A DNA stretch of 31,567 nt from an uncultured Candidatus Saccharibacteria bacterium (GTDB lineage: Bacteria > Patescibacteriota > Minisyncoccia > Minisyncoccales > GBS-2). The position numbers and the translations under genes are program-made. Below the pieces are notes generated by a model. That model was not told the DNA's origin. It worked only from the letters and a program-made list of their open reading frames with translations, and did not search any database. The stretch lies in the NCBI GenBank assembly GCA_964530195.1, contig CAZGXQ010000030.1, forward strand, positions 1 through 31,567. The letters run 5' to 3'. Of the stretch, positions 1-8,585 are shown piece by piece. Positions within the stretch are counted from its first letter, which is position 1; every line of letters begins with the position of its first letter.

Positions 1-1
1 A

Positions 2-739
2 AATCTTTTTTGATTTTAACCTTTTTCTCTCAAGCATGTTAAGAAAATCAGTATTACCTCCAAAATTCAATTGATAAGATCTATCAATAATTACACCCCT
101 TTGGGTAAAAAGGTGGCACAATGTCCTATGGACAATCGTTGCTCCAACTTGGGATTTAATATCATCTCCAATACAAGGTAAATTTTTCTTTTCGAATTTT
201 TCAGCCCATTTTTTATCTGAAACTATAAAAACAGGCATGCAATTAATAAAAGCGCACCCTGCTTTTAGGGCACACTGTGCGTAATATTCTGTAGCCTTTT
301 GAGAACCAACTGGCAGATAATTGATTAAAATTTCAGCTCCTGATTTTTTCAATTCTTCAGCAACATTTACTGGTTTTTCTTTTGCTACAACAAAAGTTTT
401 ATCTTCTGGATACTCTTTCATGTGAGAGGCTATTCCATCCAAAACAGGTCCCATTTTTACTTTCACTCCAATTTTGGGAATATCTTTGCAAAAAATCTTT
501 GTACAATTTGGCGAAGCAAAAATTGCTTCAGAAATATCCTTCCCTACTTTTCTTTTGTCTACATCAAATGCTGCTACAACTTTAATATCTGAAATTTTGT
601 ATCCCCCTAAAACATTGTGCATCAATCCTGGAATTAATTCTTTTTCATCCTTTACATTTTTGTAATAAAAGAGACCTTGAATTAAAGCGGAAGCACAATT
701 TCCAACACCTACAATTGCAATTTTTATTTCTTTTGACAT
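2..739 (-). CDS. ino1: myo-inositol-1-phosphate (inositol-3-phosphate) synthase, 3' end runs off the window (absent from ORF track)
   Basis: Manual translation from ATG 739: MSKEIKIAIVGVGNCASALIQG (NAD Rossmann) ... VVAAFDVD..KVGKDISEAI ... INYLPVGS ... GDDIKSQVGATIVHR ... YQLNFGGNTDFLNM. Frame is open to the edge. Confidence 0.95.
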   Translation of the reverse strand, partial: MSKEIKIAIVGVGNCASALIQGLFYYKNVKDEKELIPGLMHNVLGGYKISDIKVVAAFDVDKRKVGKDISEAIFASPNCTKIFCKDIPKIGVKVKMGPVLDGIASHMKEYPEDKTFVVAKEKPVNVAEELKKSGAEILINYLPVGSQKATEYYAQCALKAGCAFINCMPVFIVSDKKWAEKFEKKNLPCIGDDIKSQVGATIVHRTLCHLFTQRGVIIDRSYQLNFGGNTDFLNMLERKRLKSKKI

Positions 740-786
740 AATTTTTAAAATTTTAATAACCTGACCTTGTTTTCCCTATATAAAAT

Positions 787-814
787 ATTTTACTCTGGTA
801 AAATTATTTGTCAA
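787..814 (-). promoter_or_regulatory. sigma70-type promoter for ino1, overlapped by a 7-4-7 inverted repeat
   Basis: Minus strand: TTGACA (814-809), 16 nt, TAAAAT (792-787). Perfect inverted repeat ATTTTAC-TCTG-GTAAAAT at 787-804. Confidence 0.65.
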
Positions 815-817
815 GAG

Positions 818-840
818 AAAAGCCGGGCGAAAAACCCGGC
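818..840 (-). terminator. intrinsic terminator of the 857-1039 orphan gene
   Basis: GCCGGG-7nt-CCCGGC stem (822-840) followed by TTTT on the minus strand. Confidence 0.75.
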
Positions 841-856
841 CAAAACTTGAAAGGAG

Positions 857-1039
857 CTATTTTGATATCAAGTTTTCAATTGCTCTAAGAATGTCTGCCT
901 GTGCAGGACTAGTTTGTGTGATGCGAAAGCAAGCAACAATTTCTTCTCCTCTCTTTAGATAAACAAAGTCAGGATCTTCCCAAAGAGAAAAACCTTCGGA
1001 GAGTTGAAAGTTCAACATTGCATTGGGTATTTCCCACAT
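857..1039 (-). CDS. small orphan protein, 60 aa (start moved from 1048 to ATG 1039)
   Basis: SD AGGAGGTG (1053-1046) lies 6 nt before ATG 1039. Own promoter TTGAAT-17-TTTAAT with TG extension (1092-1064). Own terminator. No family recognised. Confidence 0.7.
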   Translation of the reverse strand: MWEIPNAMLNFQLSEGFSLWEDPDFVYLKRGEEIVACFRITQTSPAQADILRAIENLISK

Positions 1040-1095
1040 ATTTCTCACCTCCTGTTTAATTTAATTAAATCAGAAAACAATTAGAAATTCAAATT

Positions 1096-1124
1096 TTGAC
1101 AGTAAAGAAAAAAGCATATAAATT
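1096..1124 (+). promoter_or_regulatory. promoter for the PadR-HhH-efp operon
   Basis: TTGACA (1096-1101), 17 nt, TAAATT (1119-1124), 12 nt before ATG 1137. Back-to-back with the orphan promoter. Confidence 0.55.
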
Positions 1125-1136
1125 AAAATTAATAAT

Positions 1137-1454
1137 ATGCTGCCTTTTGAAAGATTAAGGAAATTAAACACAATAGACAATCTTTGGCTGTACATTCTCT
1201 TTCTTTTAAAAGAAAAAGAGCTTTATGGTTGGGAAATTCCAAAATTGATTGAAGAAAAATTTAATTTTCGACCAGGAAAAATTACCCCCTATCGCGTCCT
1301 TTATAGATTGGAAAAAGATGGATTTGTCAAAAGCAAAATGAAAGAAAGAAGAAGAGTTTATCAGATTACTAAGAAAGGTGAAGAAGAACTAAACAAGGCA
1401 AAGGATTTTTTCAAAAAATTGTTAGAGTTTTTTAAAGAAAATGACAAAAAATAA
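1137..1454 (+). CDS. PadR-family winged-helix transcriptional regulator
   Basis: LYILFLLKEKELYGWEI ... YRVLYRLEKDGFV ... RRVYQITKKGEEEL, the PadR signature. Confidence 0.88.
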   Translation: MLPFERLRKLNTIDNLWLYILFLLKEKELYGWEIPKLIEEKFNFRPGKITPYRVLYRLEKDGFVKSKMKERRRVYQITKKGEEELNKAKDFFKKLLEFFKENDKK

Positions 1455-2136
1455 AAAAATTAAAGAAATAAAAAACAAAGAAATTGCCAAAACTTTAAAA
1501 GAAATTGCAAAACTTTTAGAAATTGAGGGAATAGCGTTCAAGCCAAAAGCTTACCAGAGAGCAGCTGAAACTATAGAAAAATTAGAAACAGAATTAAAAG
1601 AAATTTATGAGAAAGAAGGAATCAAAGGACTTGAAAAAATTAAAGGTATTGGGAAAAGCATTGCCCAAAAAATTGAAGAAATTTTAAAAACTGGGAAAAG
1701 TAAGTATTTGGAAGAATTGAAAGAAAAAAACAGAATTAGAATTATTGTGACTCATTATTTTGAGACAAAAGGAGTGAGTTTGGATCAATTAAAAAGAGAT
1801 GCAAGAAAAAGAAAGATAATTTATTCAAGATTTACAAAACCTGCAAAACAGCTTTTGGAATTAGCAGGATCTTTAGAAAAAGCAATAGAAGCTATTGATA
1901 AAGTGGCTGCTTGGGCAAAGTCAAGAAATTTAGATTATGCTATTGAAACTGTCTTTAAAAAATGGTTAGAATTAGATAGATTAAAGCCAAAAGAGGTCGT
2001 AAAAAAACCTTACTTTCAAGGAAATCCTATGGTTTGGTCAGAAACAAAGAAAAAGTGGTATGTTATTACACCTGAGGGTGAATGGTTAGAATTTGCAGGA
2101 AAAGAATCGGATATTGAATGGCGAATTGAAAAATAA
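1441..2136 (+). CDS. DNA polymerase X/beta N-terminal (8-kDa lyase/HhH) domain fused to an unknown C-terminal domain; no polymerase domain
   Basis: NKEIA..LKEIA.LLEIEG..FKPKAYQRAA.TI ... IKGIGKSIAQKIEEILKTGK matches the PolX N-terminus. Residues after about 85 are unrelated to the PolX catalytic core. Confidence 0.8.
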   Translation: MTKNKKIKEIKNKEIAKTLKEIAKLLEIEGIAFKPKAYQRAAETIEKLETELKEIYEKEGIKGLEKIKGIGKSIAQKIEEILKTGKSKYLEELKEKNRIRIIVTHYFETKGVSLDQLKRDARKRKIIYSRFTKPAKQLLELAGSLEKAIEAIDKVAAWAKSRNLDYAIETVFKKWLELDRLKPKEVVKKPYFQGNPMVWSETKKKWYVITPEGEWLEFAGKESDIEWRIEK

Positions 2137-2137
2137 C

Positions 2138-2704
2138 ATGCTTTCATATTTTGATTTAAGAAAAGGAACAAAATTTATCTTAAATGGACAACCCTATGAG
2201 GTTTTAGATTTCAAACAGGTAGGCAAAGCTCAAGATGTGGTAGTAGCTAGAACAAAAATTAGAAACTTAATTACAGGGGAAATTTTAGAAAAAACTTTTC
2301 ACCAAAGCGACACTTTTGAAGAAGCAGAATTAGAAAAAGTTGAGGTCAAATTTTTATATTCCCACAGAGGAAAATTTGGCTTTTGCGAGGTAAACAATCC
2401 CAAAAATAGATTTGAATTAACAGAAAAACAAATTGGAGAATCTGCAAAATTTTTAAAACCCCAACAAATTCTCACTGGTATTAAGTTTGAAGGAAAATTT
2501 ATTAATGTAATTTTACCGATTAAAGTTCAATTGAAGGTAATAGAAACCCCACCCGGGGTCAGAGGCGATAGAGCTCAAGCTGGAACAAAAATTGCTGTTT
2601 TAGAGACTGGAGCAAAAGTAAATGTTCCTCTTTTTGTTGAAGTTGGGGATATTATTGAAGTGAATACTGAAACCGGAGAGTATGTAAGGAGAATTCAAGA
2701 ATAA
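2138..2704 (+). CDS. efp: translation elongation factor P (start moved to ATG 2138)
   Basis: DLRKGTKFILNGQPYEV ... RTKIRNLITG ... TPPGVRGD ... LETGAKVNVPLFVEVGDIIEVNTETGEYV. ATG is 1 nt after the upstream stop. Confidence 0.95.
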   Translation: MLSYFDLRKGTKFILNGQPYEVLDFKQVGKAQDVVVARTKIRNLITGEILEKTFHQSDTFEEAELEKVEVKFLYSHRGKFGFCEVNNPKNRFELTEKQIGESAKFLKPQQILTGIKFEGKFINVILPIKVQLKVIETPPGVRGDRAQAGTKIAVLETGAKVNVPLFVEVGDIIEVNTETGEYVRRIQE

Positions 2705-2731
2705 AAAAGGCCAGAGTAAATTACCCTGGCC
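2703..2731 (-). terminator. intrinsic terminator of the 2732-3538 orphan, convergent with efp
   Basis: Minus strand GGCCAGGGTA-ATT-TACTCTGGCC followed by TTTTTT. Confidence 0.75.
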
Positions 2732-3538
2732 CTACTCCAAAGTCCACATTGAACGATGAAATCTTGGATGCTGAATTAAACGGGGTTGCCAATTTTCTCC
2801 AAAAAATGAAACAAAGACATCACTAAGAATTTTTTCCATTATAATAGGTACCTTATCTTTTCTTTCTGAAATCGTAGGGACTTTTTTCAAAATTTCAACC
2901 ATTCTTTCATATTCAACCTCCTTACCTCTTAAAAAAGAAAGAATTTCTTTTATGTCCCAAATTTCAACATTAAATCTTTGTTGAATAACTGGAACTGTAG
3001 CTAATTCCCACATTAACTGTTTGAAGTCCAAAGAGGCTCTAATAATAGGAATTTTTGGAGTATTCATCCAAAGGAACATTTCTTCTTCGCTCAGTGCATC
3101 TAAAATTTCAGAAAAGTTGATTTTTGAAGACATTAGAAAGATCTTAATAACTTCTTCTCCCAAAAAGGATGCAACCACTTCGCACAAAAGAATATAAACT
3201 GGATAAATACTAAATCTCAAAAAAAGCTGAACCCTTCTTTCTCCTTCCTCCTTTGGTATGTGTTTTAAATTAACTTCTACTCTTAAATCTTCAAATGCTT
3301 CCCCGAACTCTTCGCCCATTTTACACATCGTTATTACTCTTAAGAAGCGAATTAAACTTTTTTCAGAAAAATTATGCAATAAATCAGGTGAAGCGTGTAT
3401 TAAGTGGATTTTTCTTCCATCAAGTGTGAGCATAGCTTCTGTCCAACACTTCATCTCCCCTTCTACAACCTTTAAATATACTGGTCGATTTAAATCCATT
3501 TTCCTGGCAAGCGCTGCCAACATTTCCACACTCTTCAT
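2732..3538 (-). CDS. orphan hypothetical protein, 268 aa
   Basis: Long ORF with SD AAAGGAGGTGG upstream, TTGACA at 3595-3590 and its own terminator. No family recognised. Confidence 0.8.
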   Translation of the reverse strand: MKSVEMLAALARKMDLNRPVYLKVVEGEMKCWTEAMLTLDGRKIHLIHASPDLLHNFSEKSLIRFLRVITMCKMGEEFGEAFEDLRVEVNLKHIPKEEGERRVQLFLRFSIYPVYILLCEVVASFLGEEVIKIFLMSSKINFSEILDALSEEEMFLWMNTPKIPIIRASLDFKQLMWELATVPVIQQRFNVEIWDIKEILSFLRGKEVEYERMVEILKKVPTISERKDKVPIIMEKILSDVFVSFFGENWQPRLIQHPRFHRSMWTLE

Positions 3539-3643
3539 TACACCACCTCCTTTAAAGAGCTTTTTATTTTTAACAAAAATTTAAAAAATTGTCAATAAGA
3601 ACATTTGAGAAAAGAATGTCTTAAATAAAGTTATAAAAATTTG

Positions 3644-3714
3644 TTGCGGGGGTAGGATTCGAACCTACACACTCAGCTCCAAAGGCTGATGTCCTACCAT
3701 TAGACGACCCCGCA
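3644..3714 (-). tRNA. tRNA-Gln (anticodon TTG), CCA not encoded
   Basis: Acceptor TGCGGGG/CCCCGCA (U1-A72), anticodon arm TCAGC-CTTTGGA-GCTGA, T-arm GTAGG-TTCGAAT-CCTAC. Confidence 0.95.
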
Positions 3715-3735
3715 ATTGATGCTACAAAAAGTTTA

Positions 3736-4830
3736 TCAAAATTTTGAACAAATTTCAACGATTGCTAATTCTAAAGGTAATTGTAAAATTGGAGAAAATT
3801 TCATTTTGTTTTGAGCATCCAAAAACACAACAATCATTCTTCTTAAATTTTCTTCAGTAATTTTTTTTGATATCCTCTCAATTTTGTTTATTTCATCCTC
3901 TCCCCTACTTTCTGAAATCAAATCCTTACCCCCAAGTTTAAAAACTAAAATGTCTCTTAATAAAGAAATCAAATCCTTAGCAAATTCTTGAAGGTCTATT
4001 CCTCTTTCATAGATTGAATTTAAAAATTCAATAGCTTCTTTTAATTTTTTTTCAATTATTAAATCAAAAAAATTAAAAAGAATTTCACTTTCTACCAAAC
4101 CTAACAAATTTTTAACATCTTGAGCGCTAATTTCTCTTTCCCCAAAAAGAGCGAAAATTTGATCCAACAAGCTTTCGGCATCCCTTAAGGAACCTTCTGC
4201 TTTTTGAGCTAAAATTTCTAGAGCCTCTTTTTCTATTTTTATTCTTTCTTTTTCAACAATAAACTGGAGCTTTTTTAAAATTTCCCCCTTTGTTAATCTC
4301 CTAAAATCAAATCTTTGGCAACGAGAAAGAATTGTTGGAATCATCTTATGAACTTCAGTTGTTGCTAAAATGAAAATGGTATGAGCTGGAGGTTCTTCTA
4401 AAGTTTTTAATAAAGCATTTGCTGCCTCTTTTGTTAATTGATGAGCTTCGTCAATAATGTAAACTTTGTATTTTGATTTTGAGGGTACAAACCTTATTCC
4501 ATCTCTTAATTCTCTAACTTCATCAATTCCTCGATGAGAAGCAGCATCAATTTCAATCAAATCCATTGACCTTCCTTCTTGAATTTCAATACAAGATGTA
4601 CATTCACAACAAGGCTCAAACTCTCCCTCTTTTCTTTTTTGGCAATTTAGTGCCTTTGCAAAAAGACGAGCCAAGGTTGTTTTCCCAGAACCTTTAGGTC
4701 CATAAAATAAATAAGCGTGAGAAATTATTCCAGAAGCTATTGCATTAGAAAGAGTTCTGGCAATGTGTTCTTGCCCAATAAATTCTGAAAATTTTTGAGG
4801 TCTATATTTTCGATAAAATGCTTTGGTCAT
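3736..4830 (-). CDS. dnaX: DNA polymerase III subunit gamma/tau (short, 364 aa)
   Basis: YRKYRPQKFSE, Walker A GPKGSGKTT, Zn motif CQ...CCECTSC, EIDAASHRGIDEVR, IIDEAH, TILSRCQRF. Confidence 0.97.
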   Translation of the reverse strand: MTKAFYRKYRPQKFSEFIGQEHIARTLSNAIASGIISHAYLFYGPKGSGKTTLARLFAKALNCQKRKEGEFEPCCECTSCIEIQEGRSMDLIEIDAASHRGIDEVRELRDGIRFVPSKSKYKVYIIDEAHQLTKEAANALLKTLEEPPAHTIFILATTEVHKMIPTILSRCQRFDFRRLTKGEILKKLQFIVEKERIKIEKEALEILAQKAEGSLRDAESLLDQIFALFGEREISAQDVKNLLGLVESEILFNFFDLIIEKKLKEAIEFLNSIYERGIDLQEFAKDLISLLRDILVFKLGGKDLISESRGEDEINKIERISKKITEENLRRMIVVFLDAQNKMKFSPILQLPLELAIVEICSKF

Positions 4831-5447
4831 TTCCTGAACACAAAAATTTTATAACCAAAGAAATTCCAAAACATTACCACTAAAGTAGCAAAAATTTTGA
4901 TCAAATTCATTAGGGCTCCAGCTGAAATTTTAAAATAAGAAAGAAAAGTGGTTCCCAAAAAGACAATTGTTGAATTCAAAAAAAGACCAATTAAACTTAC
5001 AATTAAAAATACAATAAACTCTTTTTGGACCATTTTTGTTTCAATTTCAAATGTCCAAGCTTTGTTCAGAAAATAAGAATTTGTAGCAGCTAATAAAAAG
5101 GAAATAGCATTTAAAGGAATAATTTTCAAGCCCTTCACGATTCCAGTTACTGCCGATAAGAAATTTAAAGTTCCAATGTCAATTAAGGTATTTAAAACTC
5201 CAACTTCAGCAAATTTTGCAAATTGAAAAATTAAAGGGAAAAAAGAACGAAAAACTGAAGCAATTTTTATTCCAAGTAGAAAAATTAAAGGGAAAATAAA
5301 AAGAGAAAGAAAGCTAAATTTTTTTAAAATCAAAAATTTTTCGAATTCCCTAATTTTGGGGTTCAAAATAATAAAAAGAAAAAAAATAGCAGATAAGAAT
5401 CCACACAGTAAGGGAAAATAAACATCTTTTTTATTTTCAATTTTCAT
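4827..5447 (-). CDS. GtrA-like membrane protein (lipid-linked sugar flippase family) with N-terminal TM extension
   Basis: QFAKFAEVGVLNTLIDIG ... NSYFLNKAWTF ... WNFFGYKIFVF. Overlaps the dnaX start by ATGA. Confidence 0.85.
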   Translation of the reverse strand: MKIENKKDVYFPLLCGFLSAIFFLFIILNPKIREFEKFLILKKFSFLSLFIFPLIFLLGIKIASVFRSFFPLIFQFAKFAEVGVLNTLIDIGTLNFLSAVTGIVKGLKIIPLNAISFLLAATNSYFLNKAWTFEIETKMVQKEFIVFLIVSLIGLFLNSTIVFLGTTFLSYFKISAGALMNLIKIFATLVVMFWNFFGYKIFVFRK

Positions 5448-5976
5448 TTTTCTTTTTTGAAAACAACAAAAACAAACTTATTAAAATTAAGAAAACAAAA
5501 ATTCCTGCAATTCCAAAGTTTTTTTCTAATATAATTCCTGTTTTTGTGGCAAAGAAAACCAAAATTGAACTTAAAATTACTCCAGCGCTTATTGCAAAAA
5601 ATGCAACCTTAAAAGGGAGTCCTAATAAAAAGCTAATAATTGATCCGGCCCAAGCTCCAGTAAAGGGAAGAGGAATTCCTACAAATAAAGCTAACCCCAA
5701 AAGATTTTTAAAGCTTTTCGAGCCATATTTTTTTTGGAGCCTTGAGAAAAAGAAATCTGAGAAAGATTTCAAAAAAGAAACCCTTTGAAAAAGGGATGAT
5801 TTTAGAAAATTCAAAAAAATAAAAATTAAAGGCACAACTAAAACATTTCCTAAACTTGACCAAAAGAAAGCTTCAGAATCCTTTAATTTGAAAAAGACTA
5901 AAGAAAAAGGCAGAGCGCCTCTTACTTCTGCAATTGGCAACATTGCCATCAAAAAAGTTGAGATCCTAGGATCCAT
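5437..5976 (-). CDS. COG2426-type small multidrug export-like membrane protein
   Basis: [13 protein letters not shown] ... [18 protein letters not shown] motifs; several TM segments. Confidence 0.8.
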   Translation of the reverse strand: MDPRISTFLMAMLPIAEVRGALPFSLVFFKLKDSEAFFWSSLGNVLVVPLIFIFLNFLKSSLFQRVSFLKSFSDFFFSRLQKKYGSKSFKNLLGLALFVGIPLPFTGAWAGSIISFLLGLPFKVAFFAISAGVILSSILVFFATKTGIILEKNFGIAGIFVFLILISLFLLFSKKKNEN

Positions 5977-5984
5977 ATTTTGCT

Positions 5985-6030
5985 ATTTTACCAAGTTAAA
6001 ATGGACAAGTAAAGCCAAAGTTTATAAAAT
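5985..6030. promoter_or_regulatory. divergent leaderless-type promoters (COG2426 operon and cysS)
   Basis: Minus: TGG-TAAAAT (5993-5985), 8 nt before ATG 5976. Plus: TGGACA-17-TAAAAT (6002-6030), 7 nt before ATG 6038. Confidence 0.65.
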
Positions 6031-6037
6031 TAAATTG

Positions 6038-7420
6038 ATGATTAAATTTTTTAATACCCTATCTAGAAAAATTGAGGTTTTTAATCCATTAAAAAATAAA
6101 AAAGTTGGGCTTTATACTTGCGGTCCTACAGTATATTGGTTTGCACATATTGGAAATTTAAGAACTTATATTTTTGAGGATGTATTAAAAAGAGTCTTGC
6201 TCTATAATGGCTACAAAGTAAAGCATGTGATGAATATCACTGATGTTGGACATTTAGTTTCTGATGAAGATGTAGGAGAAGATAAAATTTTATTGGCGGC
6301 AGAAAGAGAAAAAAAATCGGCAAAAGAAATTGCTAAATTTTATGAGAAAGCTTTCAAGAAAGATTTGAGAAGATTGAACATTTTAGAGCCCGATGTTTGG
6401 GTAAGAGCTACCGAAACCATTAAAGATCAGATTGAGTTTATAAAAATTTTAGAAAAAAAAGGTTTTACTTATTTAACCGAAGACGGAGTTTACTTTGATA
6501 CCTCAAAATTGAAAAAATACGGAAGACTTTGGCCAAAGGGAATGAAAATTTTACCAGGAGCTAGAGTTGAAATTATTCCTGGAAAGAGAAATCCAACAGA
6601 TTTTGCTCTTTGGAAGTTTGCAAAAAAAAGAAAAGAAATGGTTTGGAATTCTCCCTGGGGAAGAGGTTTCCCTGGTTGGCATACAGAGTGCGTTGTTATG
6701 GCAAAAAATTTTTTGGGAGTGCCATTTGACATTCATTGTGGAGGAATAGATCACATTTTGATTCATCATACTAATGAAATTGCCCAAGCAGAAGCTGCTT
6801 TTTCAAAAATTTTGGCAAACTATTGGTTACATGGTGAGTTTTTATTAGTTGAAGGAAAAAAGATGGCAAAATCTTTAGGAAATGTTTTTACTTTAAATGA
6901 TTTGATACAAAAAGGATTCAATCCTCTCTCTTTCCGCTACTTTTGTCTTCAAGCTCATTATAGATCAAAACTAAATTTTACCTTCGAAGCTTTAAAAGCA
7001 AGCGAAAGCGCCCTAAAAAATCTTTATAGTTTAGTTTCTTTTTTAGCTTCACAAAAAAATAAAAAAATCAACCTCAAAAAAATACAAAAAGAAAAAGAAA
7101 GATTTTTAAAAATCGTTAACGAAGATTTGAATACTCCCCAGGCTTTAGCCTTAATGTGGGAAGTTTTGTTAAATAAATCTTTGAATGAAAATGAAAAATA
7201 TTTAATTTTAACTGATTTTGATAGAATTTTTGGATTGAATTTAGATAAAATTCCAGCCTTGAAGATTCCGAAAAAGATTGAAAAAATGGTTTCAAAAAGG
7301 GAAAAGTTGAGAAAAGAAAAAAAATGGGAAGAAGCAGATAAGATTAGAGAGAAAATAAAAGAAGCAGGATTTATAATAGAAGATACAGAAAGTGGACCAA
7401 AAATTAGAAAAATTTTTTAG
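6038..7420 (+). CDS. cysS: cysteine--tRNA ligase (start moved from 5888 to ATG 6038)
   Basis: [56 protein letters not shown]. The upstream 50 codons overlap the opposite-strand gene. Confidence 0.97.
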   Translation: MIKFFNTLSRKIEVFNPLKNKKVGLYTCGPTVYWFAHIGNLRTYIFEDVLKRVLLYNGYKVKHVMNITDVGHLVSDEDVGEDKILLAAEREKKSAKEIAKFYEKAFKKDLRRLNILEPDVWVRATETIKDQIEFIKILEKKGFTYLTEDGVYFDTSKLKKYGRLWPKGMKILPGARVEIIPGKRNPTDFALWKFAKKRKEMVWNSPWGRGFPGWHTECVVMAKNFLGVPFDIHCGGIDHILIHHTNEIAQAEAAFSKILANYWLHGEFLLVEGKKMAKSLGNVFTLNDLIQKGFNPLSFRYFCLQAHYRSKLNFTFEALKASESALKNLYSLVSFLASQKNKKINLKKIQKEKERFLKIVNEDLNTPQALALMWEVLLNKSLNENEKYLILTDFDRIFGLNLDKIPALKIPKKIEKMVSKREKLRKEKKWEEADKIREKIKEAGFIIEDTESGPKIRKIF

Positions 7421-8558
7421 CCTTTTCTTTCAAACAAAAGTCATAAAATTCAAGAACTTTTTGCGCAATTTTTTCAAAAGAATATTCCTTGGCTTCTTTT
7501 AAAGCTATTTTTCCCATTTTTTTTCTCAACTTTTCGTTTTTAATTAATATTTCTAAAGCCTTTGCCAATTCAAAATAGTTTTTGTTTTTGACCAAAATAC
7601 CTCCTTTTTTGTTTTTTAAAAATTCCTTGTAACCTTCGTTTGCAAAAGCTACAACCGGTTTTTGGCAAGCCATAGCTTCCAATAAAACAATTCCAAAGCT
7701 TTCACCAAAAGTTGAAGGCGCACAAAAGACATCAGCAGAGTTATAAAAACTTGCTAAATTTTCTTTTTTCTCTCCAAGAAAAATAACATTTTTTAATTTC
7801 CTTTTTCCCACAAATGATAAACACTTTTCTTTTTCTGGCCCATCCCCTACTATCAAGAGCCTTATTTTTTCAGGATATTTTTTTTCCAAAATTGCAAAGG
7901 CTTTTAACAAATACAAAAGCCCCTTTCTTTTTTCAATCCTTCCAACAAATAAAATTGTTACCTTTTTGTCTTTAAAAGAAAGGGCTGGTGGAATTTTAGG
8001 ATTGAATTTTGAAATATCTATTCCATTTGGAATTACAATTTTTGGTTTTTTATATTCTTTGAAAAAATCTAAAGTTAATTTTGAAACACCAATAATTCCA
8101 TCTATCCTTAATTGACAGATTTTGTTTAGAAAAGAAATAAAAATTGGAAAACTTCTCAAAAATTGACTTCCCTTGAGATTTGAGTGGAAAGTTAAAATAT
8201 TTAAGGTTTTAAAAGAATAAGGAGAAAATAAAATTTGAGTTGTTCCAGGAAAGCTAAAATTATGAAAATGCAAAACATCAAACTTTTCTTTTTTTAGTAC
8301 ACTTTCAATTGAAAGAGGGTTAAAAGAAATATTTAAATCTGCTATTCCGCCACAAAATTCAATGGGAAAAGAGGTGCCCAATAAAATTATGTTTTTTTCA
8401 TATTTTTCGCTTTGTTTTCTTCGAGGGACTATAATTTTTGTTTCGATATTCCGTTTTTGATATTCTTTTTCTAATCCTAAAATATGATTTTTAACACCAC
8501 CTGGTCTTAAAAAAGAATGGGCAGAAATTAAAGCTACTTTCATAATTTTTGACACCAT
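7404..8558 (-). CDS. GT4-family glycosyltransferase, PimA (phosphatidylinositol alpha-mannosyltransferase)-like
   Basis: [55 protein letters not shown]4 is secure; PimA likeness is by recalled motif similarity only. Confidence 0.88.
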   Translation of the reverse strand: MVSKIMKVALISAHSFLRPGGVKNHILGLEKEYQKRNIETKIIVPRRKQSEKYEKNIILLGTSFPIEFCGGIADLNISFNPLSIESVLKKEKFDVLHFHNFSFPGTTQILFSPYSFKTLNILTFHSNLKGSQFLRSFPIFISFLNKICQLRIDGIIGVSKLTLDFFKEYKKPKIVIPNGIDISKFNPKIPPALSFKDKKVTILFVGRIEKRKGLLYLLKAFAILEKKYPEKIRLLIVGDGPEKEKCLSFVGKRKLKNVIFLGEKKENLASFYNSADVFCAPSTFGESFGIVLLEAMACQKPVVAFANEGYKEFLKNKKGGILVKNKNYFELAKALEILIKNEKLRKKMGKIALKEAKEYSFEKIAQKVLEFYDFCLKEKAKKFF

Positions 8559-8568
8559 TTTTTTCCCT

Positions 8569-8581
8569 TGGTATTATTATA
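8569..8581. promoter_or_regulatory. overlapping divergent -10 elements for dnaB (leaderless) and the GT4 gene
   Basis: Plus TGG-TATTAT (8569-8577), 8 nt before ATG 8586. Minus TATAAT (8581-8576), 17 nt before ATG 8558 with AAGGGA between. Intergenic gap is 27 bp. Confidence 0.55.
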
Positions 8582-8585
8582 AACG

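Noticed and set aside
382-665. Track ORFs 382-585 and 474-665 (+)
   Set aside because: Antisense shadows of ino1, which the track missed because it runs off the edge.
2093-2137. 15-aa N-terminal extension of EF-P
   Set aside because: It overlaps the upstream gene; ATG 2138 matches EF-P length and translational coupling.
2705-3714. Prophage or integrative element at tRNA-Gln
   Set aside because: No integrase, no duplicated tRNA 3' end and only one cargo gene.
5888-6037. 50-aa N-terminal extension of CysRS from TTG 5888
   Set aside because: It overlaps the opposite-strand COG2426 gene; homology and a promoter both point to ATG 6038.
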